Of a DNA stretch of 64,000 nucleotides, positions 62,902-64,000 are shown in pieces. The stretch lies in the NCBI GenBank assembly GCA_965112155.1, contig OZ218099.1; one strand, written 5' to 3'. Below the pieces are notes generated by a model. The model was not told where the DNA came from. It worked only from the letters and a program-made list of their open reading frames with translations, and did not search any database. The translations under genes and the position numbers were made by a program. The DNA comes from Podarcis liolepis (taxonomy: Eukaryota). The stretch's first letter is position 1. Each line of letters starts with the position of its first letter.

Positions 62902-64000
62902 TAAGGTGATTTCTACTAAAATAAAATCATTCTGGTAAAGGAGGGAGAATCAGGTCTTCTGAATTTTCGTAATACACATTAAACTTCCAACATTCCATTT
63001 GTAGGCAGTAGCTGGAAAATTAAAATAAATTATTTCACGTAAAAGTTTTGAACAGTCTTGTGAAACATATACTCTCACATTCCTGTGTGATCACATCATG
63101 CTGGCTTTCTGCTGTGGCCTCTGCCCTGAACCACTTTCTCCTTCCCCATTTCTCTTGCGGTATACAGGGGCAGCTCAGTTCTTATGCATGACATTGGTTC
63201 AATCCTGCCGTTGTCTGAGTAGCATGTTGCTGCTAGGATGCTTGTGCTAAGTCAAGTGAACTATGCAGGTAAGAAGAGGATGAAGACAGTTCCAGTTCTT
63301 TGATGGTAGAACTTTCAGGCAAGTTCCTTGAATGGGTGTGTGTATCCCAAGTACAAATCTTTTCCAATGAAAACTTATCATATCACTACAGCTCCTGTTA
63401 TCTGTAATTTATGTAGGTCAACCAGGTCAATAGGTAGGCACTGAGCACTATTGTGTACTAGGTGCCAATCTCTCTCTCGCTCATGTTATGTAATCAACAC
63501 CACCTCCATTGCCTCAACTGTGTTTATTGTTAACCTAAATGGATTATATTTTATTGGCATATTATCCAAGTTATCCATAAACCTTTGCACCCTGCCCTAT
63601 TTCAAAGGGGACTTGCTTAGAAACAGGTAAAGCACATATATGAGATAGAACAATTAAAAGTCCATTGAAATAATGGCCTGTGCATGAGCCACAACTAAGA
63701 AGTCCCATAATTGTGAACAATCACCCCATCTCTCTTCTCCTGAGAGTCAACACAATATATAGATGATAATACTTAAAAGATACCAATAAAATGTTATTGG
63801 TCAGAGTAGATCATATGAAAGGAAATGGTCTCTAGGTATGTTTGACTCAAGACGGCTAGAGCAAAATGAACATCTTGCCCAGAAAGCCCAGAAAGCAGGC
63901 TGCAACACCAATATAAAAGATGTAAAGTTTATGCCAGTTAAGGTGAGTTCAATGTCATTTCAGGGATTCCTCTTATACTCCCACTGTGCTGAAATACTTA

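Larger units (their letters stand above)
1..64000 (-). other. RPTOR: RPTOR gene body (partial): intron 3 (part) to intron 7 (part), exons 4-7
   Basis: Four collinear minus-strand exons splice in frame into a continuous Raptor N-terminal peptide. I did not find exon 3 or exon 8 peptides inside the window. Confidence 0.9.

Overview
Vertebrate genomic DNA, almost certainly a squamate and probably a lacertid lizard, judged from two Sauria-SINE subfamilies and other squamate-type repeats. The whole window appears to lie inside RPTOR (Raptor, the mTORC1 scaffold) on the minus strand. Four coding exons are present, with GT-AG boundaries and lengths of 159, 147, 176 and 60 bp, matching my recollection of human exons 4-7: 38656-38814, 34483-34629, 21420-21595 and 5923-5982. 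They encode part of the caspase-like RNC domain. I found neither exon 3 nor exon 8 in the window. The remaining ~99% is intron containing tRNA-derived SINEs, L2, CR1 and RTE LINE relics, several non-autonomous DNA-transposon families (Tigger/pogo-like, Tc2-like, hAT) with intact TIRs and TSDs, nested insertions, local duplications and microsatellites. Nearly all ORFs in the supplied track are spurious. I found no convincing novel biological system. The most interesting observations are young MITEs with hypervariable palindromic or minisatellite cores, inverted MITE pairs around exons, a shared hAT target motif and two unexplained local duplications. All family names come from recognition, not database searches.
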